DNA from: a virus
Length of the DNA stretch: 48,342 bases
Virus record (IMG/VR): IMGVR_UViG_3300029821_000008
Strand: one strand, 5' to 3'
Shown: positions 8,486-17,319 of the stretch, one piece after another
How the letters are laid out: the number at the start of each line of letters is the position of its first letter
Numbering within the stretch: position 1 is the stretch's first letter
Notes under the pieces: generated by a model
What the model was told of the DNA's origin: nothing
The model's input: the letters and a program-made list of their open reading frames with translations, nothing else
Database searches by the model: none
Translations under genes and position numbers: made by a program

Positions 8486-9006
8486 AAGATACTCCCGGAT
8501 GGTTTGACTTTGCAGACTTCTATGATTTTATTGCAGCTCATTTTAATGAAGGTACGTTTGTTGAAATTGGAGTATGGAAGGGGCTTTCAATTAAGTATTT
8601 GGCCGAAAAGGTAAAGAATAAGAATATTAAAGTTTTCGGCCTTGATACGTTCAAAGGAACTCCCGGGGAACATGATGATGATATCGATATAATCAATAAC
8701 AACTTACTTAAAACGTTCCTTAAAAATGTTATAGGTACGGGAATTCAGGCTCTTGTAGGCCGAAGCGATGAAGGACATGTGTTTTTTGACGATGAAAGTA
8801 TTGATTTTCTTTTCATAGACGCCGATCATCATTACGAAGCTGTAAAAAAAGATATTGAATTGTGGTACCCAAAGATTAAAAAGGGCGGTATTATTTCAGG
8901 TCATGATTATTATATTCAGGATCAGAACGGGGTAGTGTTAGCAGTTAATGAGGCTTTCCCTGATGTTAAAATATATTCCGGCAGTGTATGGTACAAAGTA
9001 AAGTAA
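8482..9006 (+). CDS. Class I SAM-dependent methyltransferase (Methyltransf_24-like)
   Basis: ATGA overlap with the upstream gene. Motifs: GTFVEIGVWKGLS, IDFLFIDADHHYEAV, GGIISGHDY. Confidence 0.7.
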   Translation: MKDTPGWFDFADFYDFIAAHFNEGTFVEIGVWKGLSIKYLAEKVKNKNIKVFGLDTFKGTPGEHDDDIDIINNNLLKTFLKNVIGTGIQALVGRSDEGHVFFDDESIDFLFIDADHHYEAVKKDIELWYPKIKKGGIISGHDYYIQDQNGVVLAVNEAFPDVKIYSGSVWYKVK

Positions 9007-9752
9007 TTGATTGCTTCATGTTTTTCAATGAAGTTGAACTTCTTGATCTGAGATTAAGAACCTTAAAGGATTATGTTGATTATTTTGTACTGGCAGAGAT
9101 AAATATAACTCATTCCGGCAAGCTAAAGCCATATTATTTTGATGAGTATAAACATCTTTTTGCTGAGTACAATATCATTCACTTAAAAGATATCGCTTAC
9201 CCTCAGTCGAATCCGTGGATAGTGGAAAATGCTCACAGGAACATGCTTAATCATTTTGATTGTGATCCTGATGACTATGTGATAATTTCTGACCTGGATG
9301 AGATCCCGAATCCTGAAAAGATTCATCAGGGAATTGAGCTAGGTTATCACTCATTCGGCTTTCATCAGGAACTGTACTGCTATTATGTGAATTGTAAGTC
9401 ATCTCAGGTTTGGGCCGGATCTGTCTGTACGAAAAGAAAATACATAAAGTCACCTCAGGATGTAAGAAACAATCGTTGTAATCAGCCTTTCAACTTTATT
9501 AACGGCGGCTGGCACTACACTTCAATGGGTGGCAAGGATCGGATAAGGCTAAAGTTTGATTCATTTGCTGAAACTGATTTTAACGTGGATCAATACATGA
9601 ATGATCAAAACCTGGATCAATGTCTACAGACCGGAAAGGATCTAACCGGAAGAACTGAGAGTTGTTTTCAAAAACAGTTTATAACTGAAAGCGAAGTGAC
9701 TCATAAAGAAGTTTTGACATGGAAGAATGATTATCCTGAATTTTGGAAATGA
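8988..9752 (+). CDS. GT17-like glycosyltransferase (beta-1,4-GlcNAc-transferase III-like family)
   Basis: The N-terminus VIDCFMFFNEVELLDLRLRTLKDYVDYFVLAE, together with ISDLDEIPNPE and GGWHYTSMGG, matches my recollection of the GT17 signature. Confidence 0.6.
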   Translation: MVQSKVIDCFMFFNEVELLDLRLRTLKDYVDYFVLAEINITHSGKLKPYYFDEYKHLFAEYNIIHLKDIAYPQSNPWIVENAHRNMLNHFDCDPDDYVIISDLDEIPNPEKIHQGIELGYHSFGFHQELYCYYVNCKSSQVWAGSVCTKRKYIKSPQDVRNNRCNQPFNFINGGWHYTSMGGKDRIRLKFDSFAETDFNVDQYMNDQNLDQCLQTGKDLTGRTESCFQKQFITESEVTHKEVLTWKNDYPEFWK

Positions 9753-10846
9753 GAGTTTTATTAATTAATCCCTGGGAGGGTGAAGTTTTCCCGACTCCTG
9801 CAGTTGGTTATTTACAATCAACTTTAAAGAGTAATGGAATTGAAGTTACTGCAACTGATTTGCTTTACGGGTCAGATGATTACGATTTAGTTGCCGTTAC
9901 TTTTCATTCATTCTCGGTAAAACATGCTCAAAAGATCAGAGAACACTACAAAGGTCGTTTGATTTGCGGTGGTCATCATCCGTCTGCTTTGCCAGAACAA
10001 ATGTTATCAATTGGCTATGATCAGGTAATTGTCGGAGAGGGCGAAAAAGCGATCATGGAAGTTGTTAACGGGAATATTTCAAAAATCATCAAAGGTGAAA
10101 TCTCAGAAATAGATTCAATTCCTTTCCCGGATTACTCAGGTTTGAACTTTTGGGGTACAATGGGAATACCTGTAATTACTTCCCGTGGCTGTCCTTTTTT
10201 ATGCTCATTCTGCGGTTCCACTTCATTTTGGGGCCACAAATACCGTATGCGATCTGCAGCCAATGTTTTGCAAGAGCTTGAATTAAGGGCAAGGGAAGGA
10301 TATAAGACTTTCATGGCTGAAGATGATAATTTCACCGCAAACAAAAAACGAGCTTTAGAAATCTGTTCCGGAATAGCTGAAATGGGAGTTTTCGAGTGGC
10401 AATGTGCTTCCCGTGCTGAATCTCTAGATGAGGAACTTTGCAGGGCTTTAAAATTAGCCGGCTGTAAAACTGTTTGGCTTGGTGTTGAATCTTTAAGCCA
10501 GGAATCACTTGATCGGTGCAATAAAAACACCACAGTTGAAAAGATGCTAAAAGGAATCGAGACAGCCGAAAGATTTGGCATTGAAACTATGTCACAGTTC
10601 ATTGTAGGACTTCCGGGCGACTCAGTGAAGGATATTCAACTCACAGTACAAAACATCCGCAAAAGTTCTATAAAGCGCAAAGGGACAAATATACTTTGGA
10701 TACTTCCCGGAACGGAAGCTTATAGAATCGCAAAACAAAAAGGCTTTAGTGATGAAATATATTTGCAGGATAATTCTTTATTTTATACATTTGAACAAAA
10801 CATGGAGACTTTAAGATATTGGTGTTCGCTAATTGAAAGAGTATGA
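9749..10846 (+). CDS. B12-binding-domain (class B) radical SAM enzyme
   Basis: ATG 9749 forms an ATGA overlap with the upstream stop; the track start 9743 is a TTG. The N-terminal domain is Rossmann-like (MRVLLINPWEG...LICGGHHPS). It is followed by the radical SAM cluster motif TSRGCPFLCSFCGS (CxxxCxxC). Confidence 0.75.
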   Translation: MRVLLINPWEGEVFPTPAVGYLQSTLKSNGIEVTATDLLYGSDDYDLVAVTFHSFSVKHAQKIREHYKGRLICGGHHPSALPEQMLSIGYDQVIVGEGEKAIMEVVNGNISKIIKGEISEIDSIPFPDYSGLNFWGTMGIPVITSRGCPFLCSFCGSTSFWGHKYRMRSAANVLQELELRAREGYKTFMAEDDNFTANKKRALEICSGIAEMGVFEWQCASRAESLDEELCRALKLAGCKTVWLGVESLSQESLDRCNKNTTVEKMLKGIETAERFGIETMSQFIVGLPGDSVKDIQLTVQNIRKSSIKRKGTNILWILPGTEAYRIAKQKGFSDEIYLQDNSLFYTFEQNMETLRYWCSLIERV

Positions 10847-11193
10847 GACTACTGACCTACCTTAAAAATCAACCTTTAATTCTTTGGATTTGGATAAAAG
10901 AAACCAAAATAGTCGGATTCTTTAAATCACTCTGGATATTACTTTTCAATTCAATCAAACAGCCTGCAATACTTCACGGCTATTTTAATGAGTGGTTTGC
11001 CCGTCAGTACAGAGCAAAGAGAGAACTCTATTGGCACAGAACGTGGAACCAGATGGGCAAGGAGCAGTTTATACTTCCTTTTCTTCCGGGAAAATTAATT
11101 GTCTGCTCAAAACTTGAATTGGAGGTCTACAAAAAGAAAGGTTTGATCAGTAAGAACGCATCTATAAGAAAGCTAACAAAAAAGTCATTATGA
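10843..11193 (+). CDS. Hypothetical basic/hydrophobic protein inside the glycan operon
   Basis: 116 aa with ATGA overlaps at both ends. It has hydrophobic N-terminal segments (LILWIWI, LWILLF). No family was recognised. Confidence 0.5.
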   Translation: MRLLTYLKNQPLILWIWIKETKIVGFFKSLWILLFNSIKQPAILHGYFNEWFARQYRAKRELYWHRTWNQMGKEQFILPFLPGKLIVCSKLELEVYKKKGLISKNASIRKLTKKSL

Positions 11194-12071
11194 GGATAGC
11201 AATAGTTGGCTCAGAGGGAAACATAGGTTCACAACTTGTGCCGCATTTAAAAAGTCAGTGGCACGTTATTCATAGATGCGATCAAGTGCAGGGATTCGCA
11301 CCTGATTACTCGGTTGTTAATATTCTCAATTCAGGTGACCTATTAAAGGTTTTCCTGGACTTCGAGCCCCAGGTAACGATCCTGCTTGCTGCAATGGTCA
11401 GCCGGGTAACGTGTGAAGCCTCGCCGCATCTGACAATAGATACCAATCTGACAGGACTTAATAACGTAATTCAGTTATGCAAGGCGTTTGATTCAAAGTT
11501 GGTTTACTTTTCCACATCAGAGGTTTATGGCAATATCGGGGGTGTATTGAGTGAAGACCGGGAATGCAAACCGAATAATTTATATGGACTAACTAAGTAT
11601 TTAGGTGAAAAGTTGGTGCAGTACGAGTTAAAGAATTATTTAATCGTGAGGCCGTTCATGTTTTACCGGGAAGGAGAAAAAACAGGAGAGAATCACAGCG
11701 CAATGATTCGTTTCGCTTATCACCTGTCGAGAAAAGAAAAGATAACTGTTCACAAAGGCTCCCTGAGATCCTGGCTGCATATCTCAGACGGAGTAAGAAT
11801 CATTGAGGCTCTTTTGTATCAGAAAGAATCTCATATTGTGAATATCGGATCAGGAGAACTGATAAGGACTGAATTGCTTGCAGCCAAAATTTGCGCTTAT
11901 TTCAATCTTAAGTATGAAGACTATGTTGATGAATACGAACTGCCTGGCAAAATGACCCTTGAAAAGATACCGGATATTACAAGGCAGACAGAACTCACTA
12001 GATTAATGCCTGAGATTACTCTTGACGAGGGGATAAAAAGAGTTTGTGATAAAATAATTTTGCTTAACTGA
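11190..12071 (+). CDS. NAD-dependent sugar epimerase/dehydratase (extended SDR)
   Basis: Motifs: MRIAIVGSEGNIGSQL (GxxGxxG), FSTSEVYG and YGLTKYLGEK (YxxxK). Confidence 0.8.
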   Translation: MRIAIVGSEGNIGSQLVPHLKSQWHVIHRCDQVQGFAPDYSVVNILNSGDLLKVFLDFEPQVTILLAAMVSRVTCEASPHLTIDTNLTGLNNVIQLCKAFDSKLVYFSTSEVYGNIGGVLSEDRECKPNNLYGLTKYLGEKLVQYELKNYLIVRPFMFYREGEKTGENHSAMIRFAYHLSRKEKITVHKGSLRSWLHISDGVRIIEALLYQKESHIVNIGSGELIRTELLAAKICAYFNLKYEDYVDEYELPGKMTLEKIPDITRQTELTRLMPEITLDEGIKRVCDKIILLN

Positions 12072-12090
12072 TTTATTAGTTATAAATTTG
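12059..12090 (+). promoter_or_regulatory. Bacteroidota-type promoter (TTTG-N20-TAaaTTTG) ahead of the packaging/structural module
   Basis: TTTG at 12059-12062 and TAAATTTG at 12083-12090. The first downstream ATG is at 12105. Confidence 0.55.
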
Positions 12091-12104
12091 TCAAAAATAC
12101 CTGA

Positions 12105-12284
12105 ATGAGATATACAAATGAATTTGGGTTATTCGTGGATCAAGCGCAACCGATTAATAGAACCTTTGCAGTATTGATGATCAAAAATACAGAGCACAGG
12201 AAGGTATTGAACAGGCAGCCAGTAATAATATGGGTAGATAGCATTGCCTTATTGTGGTTTGACTGGGAGGTATTGAGTAACTAA
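12105..12284 (+). CDS. Hypothetical small protein (59 aa, below the ORF-track cutoff)
   Basis: ATG 12105 lies 15 nt after the -7 box, and the frame is open to TAA 12282-84. Product: MRYTNEFGLFVDQAQPINRTF... Confidence 0.3.
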   Translation: MRYTNEFGLFVDQAQPINRTFAVLMIKNTEHRKVLNRQPVIIWVDSIALLWFDWEVLSN

Positions 12285-12388
12285 TAATATAGTTATGAAA
12301 TCAGCAAAGATTAAGCCGTTCAAAAGCAAAAGCCTAAAAAGGTATCAGGAAGCTGAAAAGTATAAAAGGATAAACAGAGAAAAGAAAC

Positions 12389-12976
12389 ATGGCAAAAAAG
12401 AATAAAACTGTTTTAGATGAAGCGGAAGAGTTGTTGGATGACTCCGGTTTAACTGAACGGAATAAAATCTTTTGTCGTGAATATATATTTGATTGGAATG
12501 CAACTCGCTCATATACAATTGCGTACCCTGATGTTAATAGTCCCGAAGCAGCAAGAGCGGCAGCAAGTAGGTTGTTAACTAATGTTAATGTTAAGGCTTA
12601 CATTGAGCTTATTCAAAAGGACTTAGAGAAACTTGCAGGAATCAGCAGAATGAAAGTCATTTCAGAACATGCTAAAATGGCCTTTTCTTCTATTGCACAC
12701 TTACATAATACATGGATAACAAGAAAAGAATTCAATAAACTTACCGATGAGCAAAAAGCATGTATTAAATCAATTGAATCATCAGTAGAAACAAAAAATA
12801 TTGGCGGAAGAAATGCCGCAAATCAAAAATTTATTGATGTTGAAACTGTGAAAATTACACTTTACGATAAGCAAAAGAGCCTTGATGCTATAAATAAGAT
12901 GCTAGGTTATGATGCTCCGATTAAATTTCAGGGCGAATTAACCATTCCGCAATTACCTGATGTAATAATAAGATAA
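12389..12976 (+). CDS. terS: Terminase small subunit (Terminase_2 family)
   Basis: The segment LTERNKIFCREYIFDWNATRSYTIAYPDVNSPEAARAAASRLLTNVNVKAYI is typical of the family. It lies directly upstream of terL with an overlapping stop/start. Confidence 0.75.
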   Translation: MAKKNKTVLDEAEELLDDSGLTERNKIFCREYIFDWNATRSYTIAYPDVNSPEAARAAASRLLTNVNVKAYIELIQKDLEKLAGISRMKVISEHAKMAFSSIAHLHNTWITRKEFNKLTDEQKACIKSIESSVETKNIGGRNAANQKFIDVETVKITLYDKQKSLDAINKMLGYDAPIKFQGELTIPQLPDVIIR

Positions 12977-14418
12977 TGGCAGTAATTGAACAAGAAGTAA
13001 GTAGTCCGCAGAAAGTGATCCTTAGATCAAGGGCATGGATTAACTTGTTTCTTGCAGGTGTTGGATCAGGAAAAACACATTTAGCTGGGATTATCAGTTA
13101 TTGTAATATTAGGAAGTTTTCAAAGATCAGAGGCTTTATCGGTGCAAATACCTATGAGCAATTAAATAATTCCACAATGTTCCGCATCCGGGAATACTGG
13201 AAATCAATAGGACTAACTGAATGGTCAAAAGAAAATCCGAATGGTTTATATGTTGTTGGAAAGCAGCCGCCGCCTCACTTTAAAAGAGATGGTCATAATT
13301 TTGACCGTTATGACAGTATTGTTTCATTCATAAACGGGGGAATAGCTTTCATGGGAGCTTTAGAGAATGCAAAAACACATGAGGGCAAGGAGTTTGGATG
13401 GGCTATTTTGGATGAAACAAAAGACACCAGGGAATCAGATGTTAAAGAAATTATATTGGCCAGGTTAAGGCAAAAGGGAATGTTTAATGAACAGGGTGAA
13501 GAATGGAACCCGCTTTATATTCTTACCTCCCCGGCAAAGGTTGACTGGATCAATGAAATGTTTGAACTGGAAAAAAGTATAGATGAAATATCAGCAAAAA
13601 TATTCTCAGATAAGACTTTTTTTCAAAAAGAGTTCGGAGGTAAATTAGTTACTATATCTTCGACGTATCATAATCAAAAGAATCTTCCGGCTAATTATAT
13701 TCAGAACGTACTGGATAACAATACCGAGGAAAGAGGCAAAGCACTTATTTACGGGCATCCTTTTGTTTCAACCGGCGGAGAATTCTACTCATCCTTTGAC
13801 CGATTAAAGCACGTTAAGACTTTCAAATACGATCCTTCGCTACCTTTACATTTATCATTTGATCAAAACTCAGTGCCTTATAACTCATGCGGGATCAGCC
13901 AGGTTGTTAACGTCAACGGAATTTGGGAATGTAGGTTCATTGACGAAATCGCTTTAGAGAATCCACGGAATTCAACTGAGGAAGTCTGTGAGGAGTTTAT
14001 GATGCGATACCCAAACCATAAAGCAGGTCTATACTATTACGGTGATGCTTCAGGTCACAACCGTACAACAATGAACAAAGATTTCAAGCATCATTATGAG
14101 GTTATTGATTTTAAGCTCAGGAAATACATGAACAATGGATCCGACAGGACTCTGATAAGTAATCCTTCAGTTGTTAGGTGCAGAGATTTTATAAACCTTA
14201 TCTTTGAAGATAAATTGCCTGTAAGAATTTACTTTGATGAGAGTTGCAAAAAGATGATTGCTGACATGATGTACACTAAGCAGGCTCTTGACGGCACGAA
14301 GGATAAGCACATAGTAACTGACAAAGATACAGGCGATAAGTATCAGAAATACGGGCATTTTTCGGACTTACTTACTTATAAATGCGTTGAACTATTTAAA
14401 AACTTTTACAATGGGTAA
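12976..14418 (+). CDS. terL: Terminase large subunit
   Basis: Walker A (LAGVGSGKTH), Walker B (WAILDETKD), and a C-terminal nuclease-like acidic region. 480 aa. Confidence 0.85.
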   Translation: MAVIEQEVSSPQKVILRSRAWINLFLAGVGSGKTHLAGIISYCNIRKFSKIRGFIGANTYEQLNNSTMFRIREYWKSIGLTEWSKENPNGLYVVGKQPPPHFKRDGHNFDRYDSIVSFINGGIAFMGALENAKTHEGKEFGWAILDETKDTRESDVKEIILARLRQKGMFNEQGEEWNPLYILTSPAKVDWINEMFELEKSIDEISAKIFSDKTFFQKEFGGKLVTISSTYHNQKNLPANYIQNVLDNNTEERGKALIYGHPFVSTGGEFYSSFDRLKHVKTFKYDPSLPLHLSFDQNSVPYNSCGISQVVNVNGIWECRFIDEIALENPRNSTEEVCEEFMMRYPNHKAGLYYYGDASGHNRTTMNKDFKHHYEVIDFKLRKYMNNGSDRTLISNPSVVRCRDFINLIFEDKLPVRIYFDESCKKMIADMMYTKQALDGTKDKHIVTDKDTGDKYQKYGHFSDLLTYKCVELFKNFYNG

Positions 14419-14463
14419 CTAAAATATTAGTTAGTAACGAATTTACCGGTAAAACACAATAAA

Positions 14464-16215
14464 ATGGATAAAATCACAGCCCTCGAATTACTGAAAAAAG
14501 TAATTAAAGAAAATATAACTCATCAGGACTATGACAGGGTAGTTGAGTTAGCTGACAAGTACTACAAGATGAAAACCGGCGACGGCATTACTGATCTCCT
14601 GTTAAACATGGTCACACGGGAAACGGAAGAGGAGTTCAAGCAAAGATGTGAGATTTCAAAGTCTGTTGTGCCTTCGATTCTTAATTCAACACAACTTCCG
14701 TTTCAGAAAGCATTAAGAAAAACGCCGCTTCTCAGGGAGATTCTTTACAAAGATCAGGACAGGGCGACTGAATTGGAAGAGAATATTGGCACTTACTGGG
14801 GTCAGAAGTCGCTGGAAGAGTATTTGGAATGGGCTGTTATTGATTACAACTACATTGATCCGAACGCTTTTTTGATTACTGAATTTGACGAATTTGATTC
14901 AAATGTCGAAAAGGCCAGTCCTTATCCGTTCATTGCAACATCGGCAGAAGCGATAATGTTTGAGTATAAAAATGAGAACCTTCAATACTTGATTGTCAAA
15001 CTTCCGATAAAGGTACTGGAAAACGGGGTTGAACGGGACGGGGATAAATACACTATGTATCTGGGTGAAGATACTATTCAGCTTACAGAAGTGCCTGCAG
15101 ATACCGCTACTTTGGACGGTGCAGAAGTTTATGAGATCAATTCAAAGTATTATGCTTACCAGGAGTTTGAACCGAAAGCCGATAAAGTGCCAGCTCAGAG
15201 ATTTGGCTATTTAAGGGATTCAGAAACTAAAGGCAGGACGTTTGTATCTGTATTTCATCCTATTCTCTTGCTTCTTGAAAAACTGATGAAAACTGATTCA
15301 GAGCTTGATCTTTCAACTGCTATGACTGCCTTTCCTCAAAGGTTTGCTTATGTTGACAGATGCTCAAACAAAGAATGCAACGGAGGTAAACTTTTGGATG
15401 GTCATACAGTTTGCGGAAATTGTAATGGTACCGGACAACAGCCTTTACATGGTGGAGTAAAAGATGTGATTACGCTGACAATTCCAAGAGATCCGCTTCA
15501 GATGATTGACCTTGAAAAGATGCTGGTTTACAAAGCCCCTCCGATTGACTTACTGATCTTCAATAAAGAGTACATCAATGATCTTCGTATCTTGATTCAT
15601 ACAATGATGTTTAATAACGAAATTGCAACACGTTCAGAGGTTGCAACGGCTGTTACGGCTACGGAAAAGAACTTCGGAGCCGATAATATGAACGACACGC
15701 TTTATCCTTTTGCCCGGAATTACTCCTCACTTTGGGAGTTTGTCGTTACTGACATAGCCACGTTTACGGATTTAAGTGACGGGTTATCAGTTCATCATAA
15801 ATTCCCGAATGACTTCAAAATGAAAGGAATCATTGAACTAATGGGAGAGCTGAAGGTCGCTAAAGATGCAGGGGTAGCCAGTTCTACTATCGCAGCCATT
15901 GAAGATGACATTAATGAGATTCTTTACTCGGACCGTCCGGGTGACTTAAAACGAATCAAAGTTAAATCACTGATGAATCCCTTCAGAGGTCAACCGGAAG
16001 CAACTACAAGACTTTTAATCAGTCAGGGATTAACAACTGAGTTTAATGCTGTACTTTGGTCTAATCTTGAATCTATCTTTAACGACTTAGAATTGGAAAC
16101 ACCTGATATTTATGAAATGAATACTAAGGTAATCAGGGAGAAAGTTAAGGTTAAGACGGATGAGTATATCGCACAGATGAAAGCGGAAGCACCTGAGCCA
16201 CAAAATCAATTCTGA
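14464..16215 (+). CDS. Putative portal protein with an inserted CxxC...CxxCxGxG zinc-finger module
   Basis: A 583-aa ORF immediately after terL, so the call rests on position and size. It carries CSNKECNGGKLLDGHTVCGNCNGTGQQ at 15361..15441. Confidence 0.5.
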   Translation: MDKITALELLKKVIKENITHQDYDRVVELADKYYKMKTGDGITDLLLNMVTRETEEEFKQRCEISKSVVPSILNSTQLPFQKALRKTPLLREILYKDQDRATELEENIGTYWGQKSLEEYLEWAVIDYNYIDPNAFLITEFDEFDSNVEKASPYPFIATSAEAIMFEYKNENLQYLIVKLPIKVLENGVERDGDKYTMYLGEDTIQLTEVPADTATLDGAEVYEINSKYYAYQEFEPKADKVPAQRFGYLRDSETKGRTFVSVFHPILLLLEKLMKTDSELDLSTAMTAFPQRFAYVDRCSNKECNGGKLLDGHTVCGNCNGTGQQPLHGGVKDVITLTIPRDPLQMIDLEKMLVYKAPPIDLLIFNKEYINDLRILIHTMMFNNEIATRSEVATAVTATEKNFGADNMNDTLYPFARNYSSLWEFVVTDIATFTDLSDGLSVHHKFPNDFKMKGIIELMGELKVAKDAGVASSTIAAIEDDINEILYSDRPGDLKRIKVKSLMNPFRGQPEATTRLLISQGLTTEFNAVLWSNLESIFNDLELETPDIYEMNTKVIREKVKVKTDEYIAQMKAEAPEPQNQF

Positions 16216-16901
16216 TGGGAAAATTTGCAAGCAGAGATTCAACAGGAACGCCCGTTGCATGGGGCGACATAACAGGGAAGCCCTCGACATTTGCCCCGAT
16301 AGTTCATGACAATACGGCTCATAGTCCTGCTTATGCTCCCATTGCTAATCCCACGTTCACAGGGACCGTAACAATAGCCTCAGAGTTAAGAATCACAAGT
16401 CCTGGTAATGGGATATTTGGAAGTCTTTTGGATGTATCTTCTCAGAAACTTGAAGCAGGATCAACGGCAGGATATAGGTCAGCAGTTGAAATTTACGGAG
16501 GTTCATCGAGTCCGGCAAATACAATTAAATTTCTGACGGCTTCAACAGAGAGGACAAAGGTAGATAATAATGGATTGTCAGTTTTTGGGAGGGCAACTAT
16601 CGAAAAGGCAGACGGTGCTTCAAGCATTATCCAGATTTTAACAAATGACGGCGGAGCAAATAATGAATATTTTGCCACATATAATATGGCAGATGATTTT
16701 TTGTTTGTATCTAATAAAAACGGAGGCGGTACTGTTAAGAATATTCATTTTGGCCTGGGTGGTAGTGATACCATTGCTACGAGTGCAAAGGTGACAATTC
16801 TTGCAAATGGAAACGTAGGCATTGGAACCACGTCCCCAGCAGAAAAACTTCACGTCTCGGGTAATGGACTATTTACAGGCGATGTAATTTGTTACGGATA
16901 A
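16215..16901 (+). CDS. Tail-fibre-like protein
   Basis: The N-terminal motif VAWGDITGKPSTFAPIVHDNTAH and the C-terminal motif GNVGIGTTSPAEKLHVSGNG are both common in phage fibre proteins. Confidence 0.55.
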   Translation: MGKFASRDSTGTPVAWGDITGKPSTFAPIVHDNTAHSPAYAPIANPTFTGTVTIASELRITSPGNGIFGSLLDVSSQKLEAGSTAGYRSAVEIYGGSSSPANTIKFLTASTERTKVDNNGLSVFGRATIEKADGASSIIQILTNDGGANNEYFATYNMADDFLFVSNKNGGGTVKNIHFGLGGSDTIATSAKVTILANGNVGIGTTSPAEKLHVSGNGLFTGDVICYG

Positions 16902-16942
16902 TATAGTACTGGCGTTTACAAATATTTGAGTATCTTTATAAT

Positions 16943-17317
16943 ATGAAAATATCAGCTATATATAAAATTCAAAGTAAATTAAAGCCTGAACGGTGCTATG
17001 TTGGCAGTGCCGTTAATATAAATTCAAGATGGGAAGCACACAAAAGGACTTTAAGATTAGATAAGCATCATTCACAGCAACTTCAGCGACATGTAGGTAA
17101 GTATGGAATTGAAGATTTAGTATTCATAATTATTGAGCCGTGTTTCCCGGAGTTTTTAATTATTCGTGAGCAATATTATATTGACACATTAAAGCCTTAC
17201 TTCAATTCCTGTAAAATCGCAGGGAGTACATTAGGTATCAGATATAAATTATCGGAAGAAACAAGAAAAAAAATAAGTCTTGCATTAAAAGAAAGAAAAT
17301 TTAAATTAGTATCTTAG
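16943..17317 (+). CDS. GIY-YIG homing endonuclease
   Basis: Motifs: AIYKIQS...CYVGSAVNINSRWEAHKR...REQYYID (GIY, YIG, Arg and Glu). The C-terminal region SEETRKKIS is NUMOD-like. Confidence 0.85.
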   Translation: MKISAIYKIQSKLKPERCYVGSAVNINSRWEAHKRTLRLDKHHSQQLQRHVGKYGIEDLVFIIIEPCFPEFLIIREQYYIDTLKPYFNSCKIAGSTLGIRYKLSEETRKKISLALKERKFKLVS

Positions 17318-17319
17318 TT

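Noticed and set aside
10132-10602. Minus-strand ORFs from the track (for example 10132..10602, 23775..24158, 36485..36844, 39336..39692, 30453..30755)
   Set aside because: Each lies entirely inside a plus-strand gene that has strong motif support or coupling signals. Their products are low-complexity (Ser/Leu/Phe/Cys-rich) shadow translations. None has a promoter box or sits in an intergenic gap. I accept no minus-strand gene.
12295-12405. 36-codon highly basic ORF (MKSAKIKPFKSKSLKRYQEAEKYKRINREKKHGKKE) overlapping the terS start
   Set aside because: It is very short, low-complexity and Lys-rich, overlaps terS by 17 nt in another frame, and has no coupling signal. The evidence is insufficient to call it a gene.
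14442-14453. Perfect 12-bp palindrome TTTACCGGTAAA between terL and the portal gene, considered as a possible pac/cos or regulatory site
   Set aside because: It is a single short palindrome with no loop, no flanking repeats and no supporting context. It is compatible with chance in AT-rich intergenic DNA.
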